From the NCBI RefSeq assembly GCF_009914755.1, contig NC_060939.1: a stretch of 64,000 bases of DNA; one strand, given 5' to 3'. The notes under the pieces were generated by a model. The model saw only the letters and a program-made list of their open reading frames with translations. It had not been told where the DNA came from and made no database searches. The stretch is from the human T2T-CHM13v2.0 reference genome, Homo sapiens. The translations under genes were made by a program, and so were the position numbers. Below, one piece after another: positions 14,131-28,883 of the stretch. How positions within the stretch are numbered: the stretch's first letter is position 1; the number at the start of each line of letters is the position of its first letter.

Positions 14131-15167
14131 CCTTATCATATAAGGGAAGATCGTATTATGGTGATTTCCTGCATCACCCTAATACAATCTTCACAGAACT
14201 GTCATCAACACTTTTGTTATCCTGGAGGGCCCTTCCATCAGCCCCTTGGCTGGGTTTGATGAAACACCTCAGCTGGGAGGTATGCAAAGCCTTGGTCTAC
14301 AATCCAAAGTCTTCCAATTCACTAGTTTCTATGACTGTTGTTGAGATACGTTGTTTACTTATTATAGTCAGGAGCCTTTGCAAGGTACATACTTTGCTTG
14401 CATACTTGTGAGAAGATGATCACGGACTGAAGTGGAGCCTACAAGAGCTGCTGCAATTTTAGAAGAACCACACTCTATAACCAATCTGTTTTAAAGGAGA
14501 AATTTGATGTCATAGATTTATTTTAGACCATTTTTAAAAAAGGGCTTGATTTTGTGTGAAGGCAAAATTGACCTATTTAATGAAAAGAAACAGCTTAGAA
14601 TCTCAAAGGGTTCATTGCTATTTTGAATACACGCAATTATGTCTTTAGATCTTTCACACCTTTGTCATTCATGTCATGAAAATGCCATATAAAGTTACAT
14701 CACAACTGTGTATCATAAGTAAACAAAAAACAAATTCAGATGCCATTCATTCAGTGTGGGTTAGAACACGAAACATCATATTCACATTCGTTTTAAATAT
14801 AAGTGATATATTATTATCAAGTTTAACAATAACGGGCTGAGTCTAATTTCCAGCCATTGTTAGGTATAAAATAGCAAAAGGATATATTAAAAATTATATT
14901 TTCTTTTCCTGTCAGGATTTTATTTGAACTTCAACTTAGTGAAGTTTATATTTTAAGACAAGATTGATAAACATGCTATAGTTTTAACCCTATATGAATG
15001 GACTCCACATGCCAACAATCATAAGATCTTCCAAAAGGAGAGTATAAAGCTTAAATAAAACAAAGTTTTTCAGTCATCTAAATATTTTGTCATGCTGGAA
15101 TTTGGTAACAATAAGCATATAGCTAAATAACAGATGTCCAGTTTTCAAGAGCTAGAAGCAAACTAAG

Positions 15168-15318
15168 CCATGAGTCAGGACTGTGTTCTGGTCCCAGCTC
15201 TGTTATTAATTAGCTGGGTGGCCTTGGGTGAGTCCCTTCCCCTCTCTGGGCCTCTGTCTCCTCAAATATGAAGCAAGGCATTTGGACTAGATGAAGTCTG
15301 AAGCCTTTCCAGCTCTCC
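15168..15318 (+). mobile_element. MIR3/MIR remnant
   Basis: gagtcaggactgtgttctggtcccagctctg...ccttgggtgagtcccttccctctctgggcctc...ttggactagatga. Confidence 0.7.
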
Positions 15319-16452
15319 TAGTGGACAACGCTAATGTTGTTTCTAGTCTTTGCTTACTGCCAAACTTGGAGGGCAGCCTTGCTGGGGTACATGCCTGGTT
15401 GGTCCGTGGAGAACCACTACCATTACAGACCACTTATCTTGTGATCACAGATTCTAGGGAGGTTAAAAGATCTGTTTTGGGAAGGGGAAAAACAAAGCAG
15501 CTAGGGCCAGGTGTTCCATGCCAATGTCATTTAGCAGTTTTTCTTTCCAAACCATGAAGTTTCTTTGGACGTGGACGAGACTGTGGAGCCATATGGATTT
15601 GGCACTAAGGGAGCCAGGCTGATTGCTGGACCAGACTCTTGTTTTCTTAAACAAGGTCACTGGAAAGGCTGATGTGGATTTTAGTTTACTTATTATGAAT
15701 AAGGTGGAATAAAGCAAGTGGTGATGTTTGCTACTAGACACAACTGTGCAGACTTAAGAGGGCATCTAAGGATGCATATAAATCACACCAGGGAAAAACT
15801 CAGAGAATGCAATAGCTTTCCATCTACTTTTATGTTATTTGGTTTTAAACCACAAGGGCATTGCCTGCACTGGCTGAGTGCTGTGTAATACTTCTGATTC
15901 TTGCACAAGCATCTCTCCCAATGTTGTGTTCTCTGCTTCATTTACCAGGCAGGGCCTCAGACCGAAAAGATTTTTATTTCACATCTGAAATTCCCAAAGC
16001 AGATGACCTGAGGAGATTCCATGTAAGATAAAATTGATCCACGAAAGGACTTTATGTAAACAATCTACACGTAAGGATTGGTGTGAAGTCACTTAACCTG
16101 GTCTTAGTCAGAAGGAAGGATTGAGAATTACAGTTAAATCAAATGTCAACTGGCCCCACTCCCAGAATCTCTCCCCATGTTGATGCCTAAGGTTGGTGTA
16201 ACTATGCTTGATTGTAATTTTGGGAAAAGCTTTCCAATCCCCTTAATCATGAACAACAAATGTTGTTGCCAATTAGGTGGAGCTGCACAGGGTGTTTGCA
16301 CAGTTTGTTTCAAACTAAGAATCAGTGTTTCAATAAAGTGAAAGGCATTGTTTAATATTTTTTTTCCTTTAAGAAAAAAATGGGAACTGAAAAAATAATG
16401 CTAACACAAAGGCAAAAAACCAGAAAGTTCTGACAATGCCGTCATGACTCAC

Positions 16453-16524
16453 CAACGGGTAAACCGGTATAAATGTCGATGACAAAGCCTGGCCTTTGAC
16501 TTCCACAGAGTGTAGCAAACTCAT
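16453..16524 (-). CDS. FBN1: FBN1 exon 42, TB5 second part, 72 nt
   Basis: cag|AT...TTG|gtgagt; DEFATLCGSQRPGFVIDIYTGLPV. Confidence 0.96.
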
Positions 16525-17569
16525 CTGCAATGATTAAACAAAGGTGGGATGGGAGGATAGGGGTCAGCAAAGAACAATAATTGGACTGAAAAAAATTATT
16601 TTGTAAGCATTCTTGAAAGGTATTTGTCTGTAGTTTGAAGAATTTAAAATAAAAAGTAAACCTGAAAATTCCTACAGATATAATCTTGCCTGTAAGACAA
16701 ATATTGAAGAAAAAAATGACCTAATGTTGACGTGATAATGAAGGAGAAGTAGAGATCCCCAGATCACATGCCACTCATTCACATGAGTTTACCTGTAGGA
16801 GTTTGGATTTCAATATGGATGTTATTCAGCTCTGAACTCAGGGACTGGTAAGAGTGCCTCTCTCTACTCTGCATTTAGAGATCTAGGGTTTGAGGAACAC
16901 GTATAAAAGCCATTTTCTCGGTAGATTATAGGAGACCATAGCAAATCTAGCCACATTCTTGACATCAGATCTATTAATGACTAATTTGGGTCAATCAACC
17001 AACCTTCACCAGTTTTTCAGTTTTTGGAGCTGGATTTCATTTGGTACAGCTCTGTCATATTCTCTCCCTCTCCCTCTCTCCTTTTCTGTCTCTCTCTGTC
17101 TTTCTCTCACTTGAATTAGTCAAATTTAACAGATAATAAAGGATGAACTAAATTATATCAGCAGTCCCTTCTAACTGTGAGATTTTGTGATTCCAGATCA
17201 TGACTGTAACTGGTAAGGTATGGTATCAATCTAAGCTTCAGATGGCCATTGCCTTATTGGTCACGCTCAGTGAAAATCAGTAAAAGATTTCTGGAAGTAT
17301 TTTAATCAAAATACAGCATGTTATTCTCCTTGTGTTTTGTCTCCTTAATCTATGAGTGTTCACTTCCAACACTGTAACGCCAGCTGACATTGGTCACCTA
17401 AAGAAATTACAGGGACTCTTAAAATATGTGCAGATTTCACAGCTAATGAAAAGCCATGACTGAATTTGGTGAATATCCAACATCAAGAAGAAATCTTGCA
17501 TTTTACACAAGAGTATGTAGATATTCAAAACTCAGGCAATCATTTCTAAAAGTAAATGTTAGTCTACAT

Positions 17570-17876
17570 TAAGGGTTTCCAAAGTGGTCTCCAGAGGAAT
17601 ATGCAATAATCCATTAGGATAAAAAAGAAAATGAGAGGACTTCTATCTATCTTTGGAAAAATCTAATCTTTAAAAAAATTAATTTTGTGTACACTTTATA
17701 TTAGAACAGCTCAGAAAAATAATAAATGTATTTTTCAATATAATTGAAAACAAATACATATACACATACATAGATATATATACATAGACTTTTACATATA
17801 AATGCACACCAGGTGTGCATAAGCTTCAGATTTTTTACCAACAGGTAAGTACCACCTAAAGTTGTAAAGACCATTA
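17570..17876. mobile_element. Possible degenerate hAT-Charlie remnant
   Basis: gggtttccaaagtgg...aataatccattagg start and aaagttgtaaagaccatt end resemble Charlie termini; weak. Confidence 0.4.
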
Positions 17877-17884
17877 TTCAAGAT

Positions 17885-18200
17885 CAAGGGTCAGCAAACT
17901 TTTTAATAAAGGGACAGAGAGTAAATATCTTAGGCTTTGCAGGCTGTACAGTCAGTCAAAACTATTTAATGTTGCCATGAAAGCAGTAGTAGACAATATG
18001 GAAATAAATTAGTGAGCTCTAAAAAAGTTTTATTTATGGGAAACAAAATCTGAAGTTCATGTAACTTTCATATTATGAAATACGATTCTCCTGATTTTTT
18101 CCAACCATTTAAAATGTAGAAATCCTTCTTATCTTGCAGGCCATTCAAAAGTAGATGGTGGGACAGATTTGGCCCATGGGGTGTATTTTGCCAAGCCCTG
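17885..18200 (+). mobile_element. MER58B-like hAT-Charlie MITE
   Basis: TIRs caagggtcagcaaac / tttgccaagccctg; 8-bp flanks ttcaagat / gtctagaa near the NTCTAGAN target. Confidence 0.8.
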
Positions 18201-19288
18201 GTCTAGAAACATTTTGCAGGGTGGAGGTAAATCAGAATTCTAAGTGGTGGTTATTATATTATTTCTGGAGTAAACAATGGATGGAATAATACATTTTACT
18301 AAAAAACAATTTTCTGTTGCATGCAATGTCAGGTAGTACCAAACAACAGATTTAATATTTTATATATCACTGTGGAAAATGGTGTAGGATTCCCTTTATA
18401 GAATACCCTAATCAATTCCTTGCATGATAATTTCAACTAACCCAAATCATAATCTTGGCAAATGATGTCATCATCATATACATAATGCACAGCATATACC
18501 ATATGATATAAGAACAGTACACTAATGTCTTTATTTATTCAAAGGATGCAATTTAGCCTTTTTTTTTAAGACAAATAACATTATTTAGTTTCTTTCTCCA
18601 TGAGAATATAAGAAGAAATTTATCTCGATCTCAATATCAAGAAAAGTTGCACTTTCCTTTCATTTTGAGTTTTCTTTATGCTCATTGAGAATTTTGTACT
18701 TGATCACATCTCCCTTTTCATAGGAGCTGCTAGAAAGTTTGGGGCTAAAATTATTGCTTATTTCAGGCAAGTGTGTAGGAATTCCCGGCTTGAATTTTGT
18801 GTATTAGTCCTGCTCCTGGCTCTTTCTTATTCTTGTTTGCCATTTGCCTTATGCTTATTTCTTGTTTAACATTTACATCTTTGTAGGCTGCCTTTAACTA
18901 TTTTTGGAACAAGTTTAGCTTTAAATAAGTAAAAAGACAAGGAATTATGTTTCCCTTACTGTCACATTGATTTGTCTAATGTTTACAGTCTTTTAGATAC
19001 ATGAAGAATTCAGTAACAATGAGAACATTGTTTATAGTTTATATTTTTGTGATATGCTGAGTCTACAAGTCTGGTTACGTATTAGGGTATACATTAGAAA
19101 ACATATTCTGTGACTCAGTGTTCGGCTGGAATGACCAGCACCAACTGTGAATTTAAATCATGAGCCGTTTTTTTCCCTGTAAAGATAAACAATGCACACT
19201 TTGCTTCCTTCGCTAAGACTGATTTCCCCAACAATTCATGGGTAATTTTTCAACCTATATTTTTGATAATGGAGAAACTAAAACTCAC

Positions 19289-19447
19289 CTGTACTTGGGA
19301 TGGGACACTGTTCACAGGGCTTGTTCCACGCCCGGCCAATGTTGTAGGAACAGCAGCACATCTTCTTGGTCATGTTGAATAACAATTCTCCATCACAGGT
19401 CTGGTTGTCAGCATAGTAGTTTCTGTAGCACAAACTTCTTCTCATAT
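19289..19447 (-). CDS. FBN1: FBN1 exon 41, TB5 first part, 159 nt
   Basis: tag|AT...CAG|gtgagt; [18 protein letters not shown]...[25 protein letters not shown]. Confidence 0.97.
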
Positions 19448-20105
19448 CTAGAAGGGAGGTAAAAAAAAGGATTGGAGGGTTGGTGATGCCATGTGGGAAA
19501 TCACAACAAATTTCTAAGTGGATACTCAACAAGCAAGTTTCATTTGAATTGTATTGTAGCTTGACTTTGATAAGGACACAAAAAACTTGCTCTTACACAA
19601 CTTTCTAGCTACCTATGCTGCTACAAGATAAAGGACTTTGAGAAATACATTCCCTGATATTTCATGCCACAGAACTAAGTCATTATATAGCTGTAGCATT
19701 AATAAACTTTAAATGACTCTCTGCCCAGTCTCCTAGTAACAATTCCCTACTGCCATTTGGCAATAAGTTTCTCGTTTCCGACTCGTGATGTTTTAATACT
19801 GTAGGTCAGCACTGTAAATATAATTGTACAAAGATACACCCAAAAGTCAAACAAAAGAAGTACTATTAACTGTTGTTTGGGATTTTCCAACATACATTTT
19901 AGAGAAAACTCCCAACCACCCACCCGTGGTGGTGAAAAAATGCCAAGTTATGATTTATAGGGGAAGAGTCTCCTAACAAGACAGTGAAGGGATGCCAGCA
20001 CTCAGTCTGATGAGTAACATCACCCTAAGGTGATGAACTTGTGAGCTCTCTTCCTCTTTGTAGATGAGAACCAAACATGCATTACTGAGAAAAGCTTGGA
20101 CTTAC

Positions 20106-20228
20106 CCATGCAATTATTTCCCCCATTCACTTGCATGTAGTCTGGAGGACAGATACAGGTGTAGTTGCCAACGGTGTTGTAACATGTCCCTGGACCACAG
20201 ATTCCAGGAGTCTCACATTCATTCACAT
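20106..20228 (-). CDS. FBN1: FBN1 exon 40, cbEGF24, 123 nt
   Basis: tag|AT...TGG|gtaagt; [41 protein letters not shown]. Confidence 0.97.
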
Positions 20229-20365
20229 CTATAATCCAAAGAGAAAGTGGTATGTGAATATGAAAACTTCACATTTTGGAATGGCCTGATACTTAATGAA
20301 TGTTGACATTAGAGGAGAAAATCTATAGGGTATTTTCAAATAAGATAACGAAAATAGGTATTTCA

Positions 20366-20818
<453 letters not shown>

Positions 20819-21760
20819 TTAACCTATAATATCCTCAAAGGTAGGCAGAGATAGAAATGTGGAGAAATTAAAATATCAAATATCCCTTAGGAAGACAAGT
20901 ACGCTTCTTATGCTCACAAAATCTATGATAGGGTATATAGTATCCCGAAGCCATTAACAGCTGGCTTCATGAATCTGCATTGGTAAGGCAGCATGGAGCA
21001 TATTTCACATCCTCTCCCCACTTCCAAATGAAGGAGTTGATTCTAATCTTTGTTAACTCCATGGGTCTTAGAGCTGTGCCATATACACTGTGATGTTCAA
21101 CTAATACTCAATAAGGTTGCCATTGTCTGGGTGACCTAATAAGCCATTAAAGAGCCAGGGGAATATTTCTTATGCAGAGCACAAGGAGGTCTCTTTCCTA
21201 AACAATTGTGTGATTCCTCCATGTAGATGAAAACCATGGCTCATGGCTGAAGTGCTCTGAAACCTGTAAGTGGTTAATATTCTCCACCTTTCCAGTAACA
21301 CAGGATGAACAAGGGCCACCACTCATAGCATAAAGCCAAAGGGCCGCCTTCTAGGAGAAGCTTATTTGAATACATGAGCACCAATGGTAAGTGGTGAAGG
21401 ATTAAAAGAAGAGGGCCCAGAACTCCTCCAAATAGAGAAGGAACACTGAAATTGGACCTGTGCCATTCATGTAAAAAATGGCTTTTCTGAAGAGCATGGA
21501 AAAATATTTTGTAAGCATAAATGAGGCTATGGTCCAGCAGAATAAGATTCTGTTTTTCTCAGGAAAAGAGGGAGATTTAGGACTTACCAGAAATGACATC
21601 ACTTGAGTAACATTAGTCCAAATTGCCACATGTGAGACATATCTACCTGGCTATGTTCGTGTTTAGAACATTGTGCTACACTGCTAAATTCTATTTTCCT
21701 AGTAACCATATTCTGGTTTTGCAGGTCAGTTCTTGATATCTGCAAGACCTTATCATCCTA

Positions 21761-21928
<168 letters not shown>

Positions 21929-21996
21929 TTAGCATTGTAAATAAACCCAAGGAAATTCAAGTTGTGTGTGCTTTAAGACAAAGGAAACACAATTAC

Positions 21997-22065
21997 CTTC
22001 CAATATAACGGTGATAGGATTTGGTCGGAAACCTTCCCCTCCAGGACAAAGAATTTTGTACTCGG
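21997..22065 (-). CDS. FBN1: FBN1 exon 38, TB4 second part, 69 nt
   Basis: tag|CC...AAG|gtaatt; [23 protein letters not shown]. Confidence 0.96.
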
Positions 22066-24144
22066 CTATTGAAACAAAAATTCAAATTGAGTTGTTTTGA
22101 ATCTAAAGTTTTTAGAAATAGTATCCTCAAGAGAAATACTCACATATCCAACTGAAAATGTTCATTTTCAGGAATCTTTAGTTGTTACTCTGCCCGTCTG
22201 AAGTAAGTTAACACCTTTGTGTACACTTCCCATTTTCCAGTGGTTTTTATTATGTGTCCCCAGTGCAAGGCCACTGTCCTCAGTCCTTGAACTCTAACCA
22301 CTCCCTGGTCTTACATGTGTGTGGACTGTTTTATACCTTACCTTCATCCCTTATTTCTTTTTACAGATTTTCTTTCCCTTTTTATTTTCTGAAAAACTTC
22401 ATCTTCATTTTTATGTTCTGTTCAGCCTACTTTCTGGGAACTACAGCTTCCCTTAATAATCTTAATTGGCTTCTTTCCAAAACCCTTTCCAAATAGAGCC
22501 TTAGGAAAAGCTGTTCTCTGTTGATTCCCATCCCAATTCTCTCCTTAATGACTAGAGACATTTCTTGCACCTCTGTTTCTATGGGTGGCAATATTGATTC
22601 TCTTGGTTTCCAAAAACAACTTTCTATAGTGTCCTTGGGTTTCCCCCATTAATTCTTTCATCCAAGTATTTTACCCAGAAACATTTATTTCAGTGGTATG
22701 CACCAGGACGGTGATATGTACAGGACATGTGAATAAGAATGTCTGTAACCTGCTGCATCATCCCAGTGAGGAGCTATAAGATCAGTTCTTTCATAATGTC
22801 ATGGTCTGTCCAGATCTGCTAATCCCTGTCCTGGCTCCCTGAAATTATATGTACACATGCCTATATGTATATATTCCAGTTCTAACTCTGGTCCAGATCT
22901 GGTGTGGTGTGGATATCTATTGTTTTGCTACTGTCATTAATCTACAAAGCTGACTCCCCAAATTAAGTGTCTTAGTTTGCCCCCTTCGACACCAATGAAA
23001 TGAAAAGTCCTCCTCTTTTACTTGTTCTCCTCTTTCTGCAATCATCCATACTTTTTGAATTTCTTCTTTCATGTCACAACCTTCTTGAAGGCTCAATTAA
23101 AAAACACACTAAGTCCCCACCCTCTCCCAAGCAGAACTGACCTCCCTTTCTGAAGAGAAGAGAGAAGGAGGAGCCAGCTGAGCACTCACCCCTGTGCTGG
23201 GTGCTCTGCATGAGTGATTTCATTTAATCCTATGAGGTATTTTATGAATGCTAAGGAACTTGCCCAAGGTTACATGGGTGACAACTAGTGGAGTCCTAAT
23301 GTGCACCAGGTGTGCTCTTTGTACCAACACAGCACTGTGCCTGCTCTTTCTTCTCTTTCTGAGGCCTATTTTGAATTATAGCGCTTATGTTTAGGTCATA
23401 ATTTGCCTACTATGCTGTATTCTCCTGAAGGGCAGGATCTAGTCTAATTCATCTTTGCACATCCAGAGTACACATTCTAGGTACTCAACAAATATTTTTA
23501 GAAGAATTGAATAAATGACCCTTCAGCAAAAAAAGAATCCATACCTATCCCAACATACGCTATAAGCAGTAGCCACTGAATTTTGCCAAAGAAGCTACAT
23601 CTAATTCTGAATCATAATACAGGACTCACTTGGAAAAACGAAAACCCTTTTATATTTTTAGGAGACATAGTTTGTATGTCCTTACAATCATATGCTAAAG
23701 CCTTCTTTCAAGCCACCCCATAACAATGGAATAATCTTCCATTTTATAGTTGCTTAACTAATTGCTTCTCTTCAAACCCCGGGACACTGAGTCTGGCGTA
23801 CAGCCTTCCAAACTAGTCAATAGATGAGAAGAGGAGAGATAATCAATGTGTCCCTGGAACGTAAGCAACATGGTGAAAGTACCCTAGTCTGGAAAATCTT
23901 TAAAGTAATGCTATCTGCTTTTCACTTACACAGAAGTGAGATGTTACCTGCCCTACCTGATCTTTTAGTGTGAGCCAACCAGGAATATTTTCTGACTCTC
24001 GAATTGGGAATAAGGTCCCCTCTACAGGGCTGAGAGGACTGATCTTTCTTCTCTGATCTAAGAGTAGAAAAGGTTTGTCTTCTGATCTAGAAAGGAGAAC
24101 TGGCTGGAGTTGAAATAATAATAAATAGGAGGATGTCCACTTAC

Positions 24145-24309
24145 ATGTGTTCACAGCAGGACACATCTCACAAGGAGTACCCCAGGCTTTACCCAGAGAA
24201 CAGCAGCAGGAAGCTTTGGAAACACCAACTCCAATTTCATTGCTGCAGGCTGTATCTCCATTGTCTCCTCGAGGTCGAATATCCAAATAGCAATTTCCAG
24301 AGCGGGTAT
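24145..24309 (-). CDS. FBN1: FBN1 exon 37, TB4 first part with integrin-binding RGD (24263-24271), 165 nt
   Basis: tag|AT...CAT|gtaagt; [55 protein letters not shown]. Confidence 0.97.
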
Positions 24310-24618
24310 CTATTTACCATATACAAACACAAAAGCATCAGGCAGAATCTTTCTACTGGGGTTGAAAATTCAAACCCACTTCAGGAACTGTTCAAAAACC
24401 GTAATTTACTTTTACTGAGAAACTAAAAAGTGCCCATGAACATTATACACTACCGAGAATTTTCCCTATGGAAAAGATATCTGAATCTAAAGTAGAGTTA
24501 GGAAATGTTTAAATTTCTGTATCATTCATTTTGCAAACTTTGAGAATGGAATGTTTGGTGCTGTTTTCAAAATAATACACAGTATGCTTGCTTCTCTGAA
24601 AAGTTTTTAAGGTCTTAC

Positions 24619-24741
24619 CAACACAGCCAACTCGAGTTGGGTTCAGTTCAAAATCAGGTGGGCAGTCACAGATATAGCTGCCTGGAGTGTTGACACAGTT
24701 CCCACTGATGCACGTGGTTGGATCCAGGCATTCATTCACAT
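24619..24741 (-). CDS. FBN1: FBN1 exon 36, cbEGF22, 123 nt
   Basis: tag|AT...TTG|gtaaga; [41 protein letters not shown]. Confidence 0.97.
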
Positions 24742-24993
24742 CTAAAACCGAACAGTGAGTAGTGGAGTTATCACCTGAGCCAGTGTAGGCAGACATCACC
24801 ATAAAAGAACAGGGCCCAATCTAGAGCTCCAAACAAGAATTTTAAAGCTACTAGTTATAACTACATCTAGAAATGCAGTCTTCCACTTCAGAGATAAAAC
24901 ACCTCAGGAAGGAAATATGATATAGTCTTTGGTGGTCTTTCCCCAGAACACATTTACCATTCAAATTTGTCATCAGGATAAAATATAACTTTG

Positions 24994-25356
<363 letters not shown>

Positions 25357-26840
25357 ATATAACTTTGGCACTAGGAAAAATATTCCAGTCAAGGTAACTG
25401 AAGGCAAAACACTGTTGTGACCTCGGTCAACCAAAAATTCAGACACAGGTTTTAAGAAAATATATTGAGTATATGTGGCTTGTTATTTCATCAAATTAGA
25501 GCAAGATGTCCCAGGAAACCCTCAGAAGGGCAACTCTTGCTGCTTCCCCTGACACACACGCGTGAGGCTTAGTGTGTTCCCTGAGGTCGGCAAGGAGTGT
25601 CTCTCCCATCATCCATGCTGAGTTGAATATTTCCCTTTCAGTTTCTATTCCAAAAATATGTACAGAATTCCAGATATTTAGGACATGGGTTTTGGCAAAT
25701 TCCACTCTGTACAATTCCTTTTGTCTGTTTTGAACACTCATGAAATACTCAAGAATAGACAAACGGCTTCTGTGAGGAGGGACTGGAGAAGAGGGACAAC
25801 ACCTTTGCCTTGGTCCTCCCCTTGGATCTGGCAACCCTCCTGCGGGTTGCGCTGCAGATGATTTTTTTGTTCAAATTGCATGTGAATTTGGACGGACAGG
25901 GCCAGAGTAACAGAAACGAGATTAGACAGAATGATGTTGATAGTGATCTGGGGCACGCAGGACAGGGTACAGGCCATGGAGAGGGGGACTTCCTGAGGCA
26001 TGCAAGAGACCCAGCCTGGTCTCGTAATAGCTTTAAGGAAAACCAAGGGAAGAATGTGTGGCTGGAGAGGAATACTCCATCCAGAGCATTTGCAGGGTGG
26101 TGGTGGTGGTCATGATCTGGAGAGCCCCTGAGTCATGGTTTGTTTAGGTGGTTGAAAAGACCAGATTTTTTCCGGAAATTTGAACTCATACAGAACATAA
26201 GTTGTTTCTTCAGTATCCTTGAACAGAGGGGTGAATTAGGAAGGGGAAATGCAAATGGCTTTCAAAGTCTTAGTGCCAAAGAGAACCGAGTGTCAGTCTG
26301 CTGGGTGCCTGTAGTTTTTCTAAGCTTTTTCTAATGTTCCCTGAGAGTCCTTGGCTCAACAAGAAAATGATTTATACACTAGAGATAGGTGGCTGAGCTC
26401 TGTGTACCCAGTACTCTGGTGACCACGAGCAGGGCAGGGGTAGGAAGGAGTGGGGTGGGTATTGCAACAACGAAGTACAAGGAGAAAACCCATGATCCCG
26501 GGGCATGGCCTCCAAAACGAAACTCTCCAAAAATGTACCCAAGTAGAAAAGGAAATGGCTGGGAAGCTACACCACTAGAGCACCCCTAGAACATTCCTTT
26601 GTAGCCACAAACTCAATTTCAAGGCTACAAACTGTGCTCCTTCAATTGTCTTAGACTCTTTCCTCTGGATCCTCACCTCCAATCAGTTCCAGGTCTGAGA
26701 AAAGGTATCTGTGATTCTTAATACTTCCCCCTTGCTTTTCTTGTCTTCTGTGACGGCCCTTGTGTAGTCCCAGGGAGGCTCCAATAGCTGGGTCCCCCGG
26801 GACACCAGGGAGCTGATTTTGATGCCAGTGGAGGTCTTAC

Positions 26841-26963
26841 CTGTGCAGTTCCCGCCGCTTCTGTCCAGTTCGTAGCCTATCTCACACTCACAGCGGAACA
26901 GGCCAGGGAGGTTGTGGCAAGTTCCAAAGACACAGATGTTCGGAAGGGAGCACTCATCAATAT
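26841..26963 (-). CDS. FBN1: FBN1 exon 35, cbEGF21, 123 nt
   Basis: aag|AT...CAG|gtaaga; [41 protein letters not shown]. Confidence 0.97.
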
Positions 26964-28757
26964 CTTGGGGGGAGGGAGAAAAAAGCAAAAAACTTAACTT
27001 ATATTTTTCTAAAAAAAACCTGCCAAATATAATTAGGCAACTAATGTAAATACTAAGAAAATGCAGAGTATCTAACACCAATCTGGGCACTTCTCCTATA
27101 GACTTTTAGATGATTTGCCATGCACAGTGAAGTCTCGTAGGTGAGAGGTTACTTTTCCTCAGTCTCTATTACATGCCAAGCAGCGGGCTGAGCATTTTAT
27201 AGATACATATCTCATTTGTAGTGTTCCACGTAGGTCCACATCACTTTCGTAAAGTAAGAGGCAAGCAAGCCACCTTACGCTAAATTCGTTTTTTTTTTTT
27301 AATCTATCTATGTAGTCACTGTTTTTGTTGTGAATTAAAATTTCACAAGCCACAATGTCTTTCAGGGAACTGTCATAATTAGTTGCATAATCTCCAGTGT
27401 CCCTAGTCCTATGGCATGTGTTTGCCTTTGTTGACGGAGATTGGAAAACCGCACACGCTTCTTCCAGGCCTCTGTCTCTGCCTCCTGTTAACATTCTTCG
27501 TGTGCAGTTGACACACAGTCACATTTTCAGGCTTGAGACTAGCTTTAAATAGCCATGACCACTCCACCAGCCATGATTTATATTAAGAACAAACAAACAA
27601 ACAAAACCTTCTCTTATAGCAATAAGAGAAGCAAAACTTTCACTGTGACTATTTGTGTCACCAGAGGTGGCACAGTACCTGTTTTCCTTGGATATTTGGA
27701 GTAACAAAAGTAAACAAGGTATTAGGCACATGATCAAGAGCATAATCTGGTTTCTTGACTCCAAGGAGTTTTATATCAAACTCTGCATATTTAATATAAA
27801 CTGTATAAAGAACACCCAACGGTTCCATAACAAAGAAAAGTATTCACATAAAAATACATGAGGGAATTAGTATACATGTCATAGCTAATGACTGATTTTG
27901 AGTTCACGTCTTGTTAACAAGGAACAACTATTAACTAATACATTAATCAGGGTCTTGTTTAAACTTCTACTGACAATCGTTATCATTTGTTTATTTCTAC
28001 TGAAATCTTCTTTTCAATGAAGGAGAATGTGCTTAAATTTGACAAATGTGGGTAAAGGGAAGAATCTTGTGTTCCCTAATGGGATCCAGCCTTAGCTAAC
28101 AGGTTCCCAGGACTCTTCGTGTCTGACCAACACTTATCAGAATGACAGAGCCTAAAGCTGAGCGATACCATGCCATATGGCAGTATCCCAAGGGTCCCCT
28201 ATTGAACAGATTTGCAAAACTGTTCCATGTTCATATATGTTAGATATTTAGAGCAAATGTGAGACATACCATTCTACGTATGGACAAGACTATTTGCTCT
28301 GCTTTTATTTCTACAAACCAAATACAGTGGAGATTAAAACCTGTGTTTCCATATTTAGTGATAATCCCACAACAGGACATTATCAGGGAACTTGCACTTT
28401 CAGCTCTTTTCTCCCTCAGTAGGGATTAACAGGTTGCATCCCCCTCCGTAGGGATAAATGGGTTGCACTGATTTAACCACACTTGGTTACCCTCATTGAC
28501 CAATGGATACACCCTTGCAGACCATGCGGCCAAGGCTGGATGTACAGCTTGTGGCCAGTCAGCTGAGGTTTTCTGTGCAGCAAGAGAAATGGTCAGCTGG
28601 AAACCTAATCCCTCTACAAACTGAACTGACCAGCTTAGAAATGAAGCTAAAACACACCTCAGTTTAAAAAAAAAAAAAAAAAAAAGCATCAGGAATGTTT
28701 AAATAACCTAATCTCATCAAGCCCAGCAAGGCTCCCAGTGGCTTCCCCATCAGTTAC

Positions 28758-28883
28758 CTTCACAGGCTTTCCCGTCAGCACTGGGCACGAAGCCCATGTC
28801 GCATTCACAGCGGTATCCTCCTGGTGCATTGAGGCACTGGCCATTGCCACAGAGATTCAGGTTCTCAGAGCACTCATCAAGGT
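28758..28883 (-). CDS. FBN1: FBN1 exon 34, cbEGF20, 126 nt
   Basis: tag|AC...AAG|gtaact; [42 protein letters not shown]. Confidence 0.97.

Noticed and set aside
22342-22388. Possible 47-nt purine-rich pseudoexon with donor AAG|gtaagg
   Set aside because: The acceptor has only about 6 pyrimidines and an adjacent upstream AG, and the exon is very short.
28666-28685. A20 run near exon 34 as a retrocopy tail
   Set aside because: There is no TSD or attached element; it is a simple mononucleotide run.
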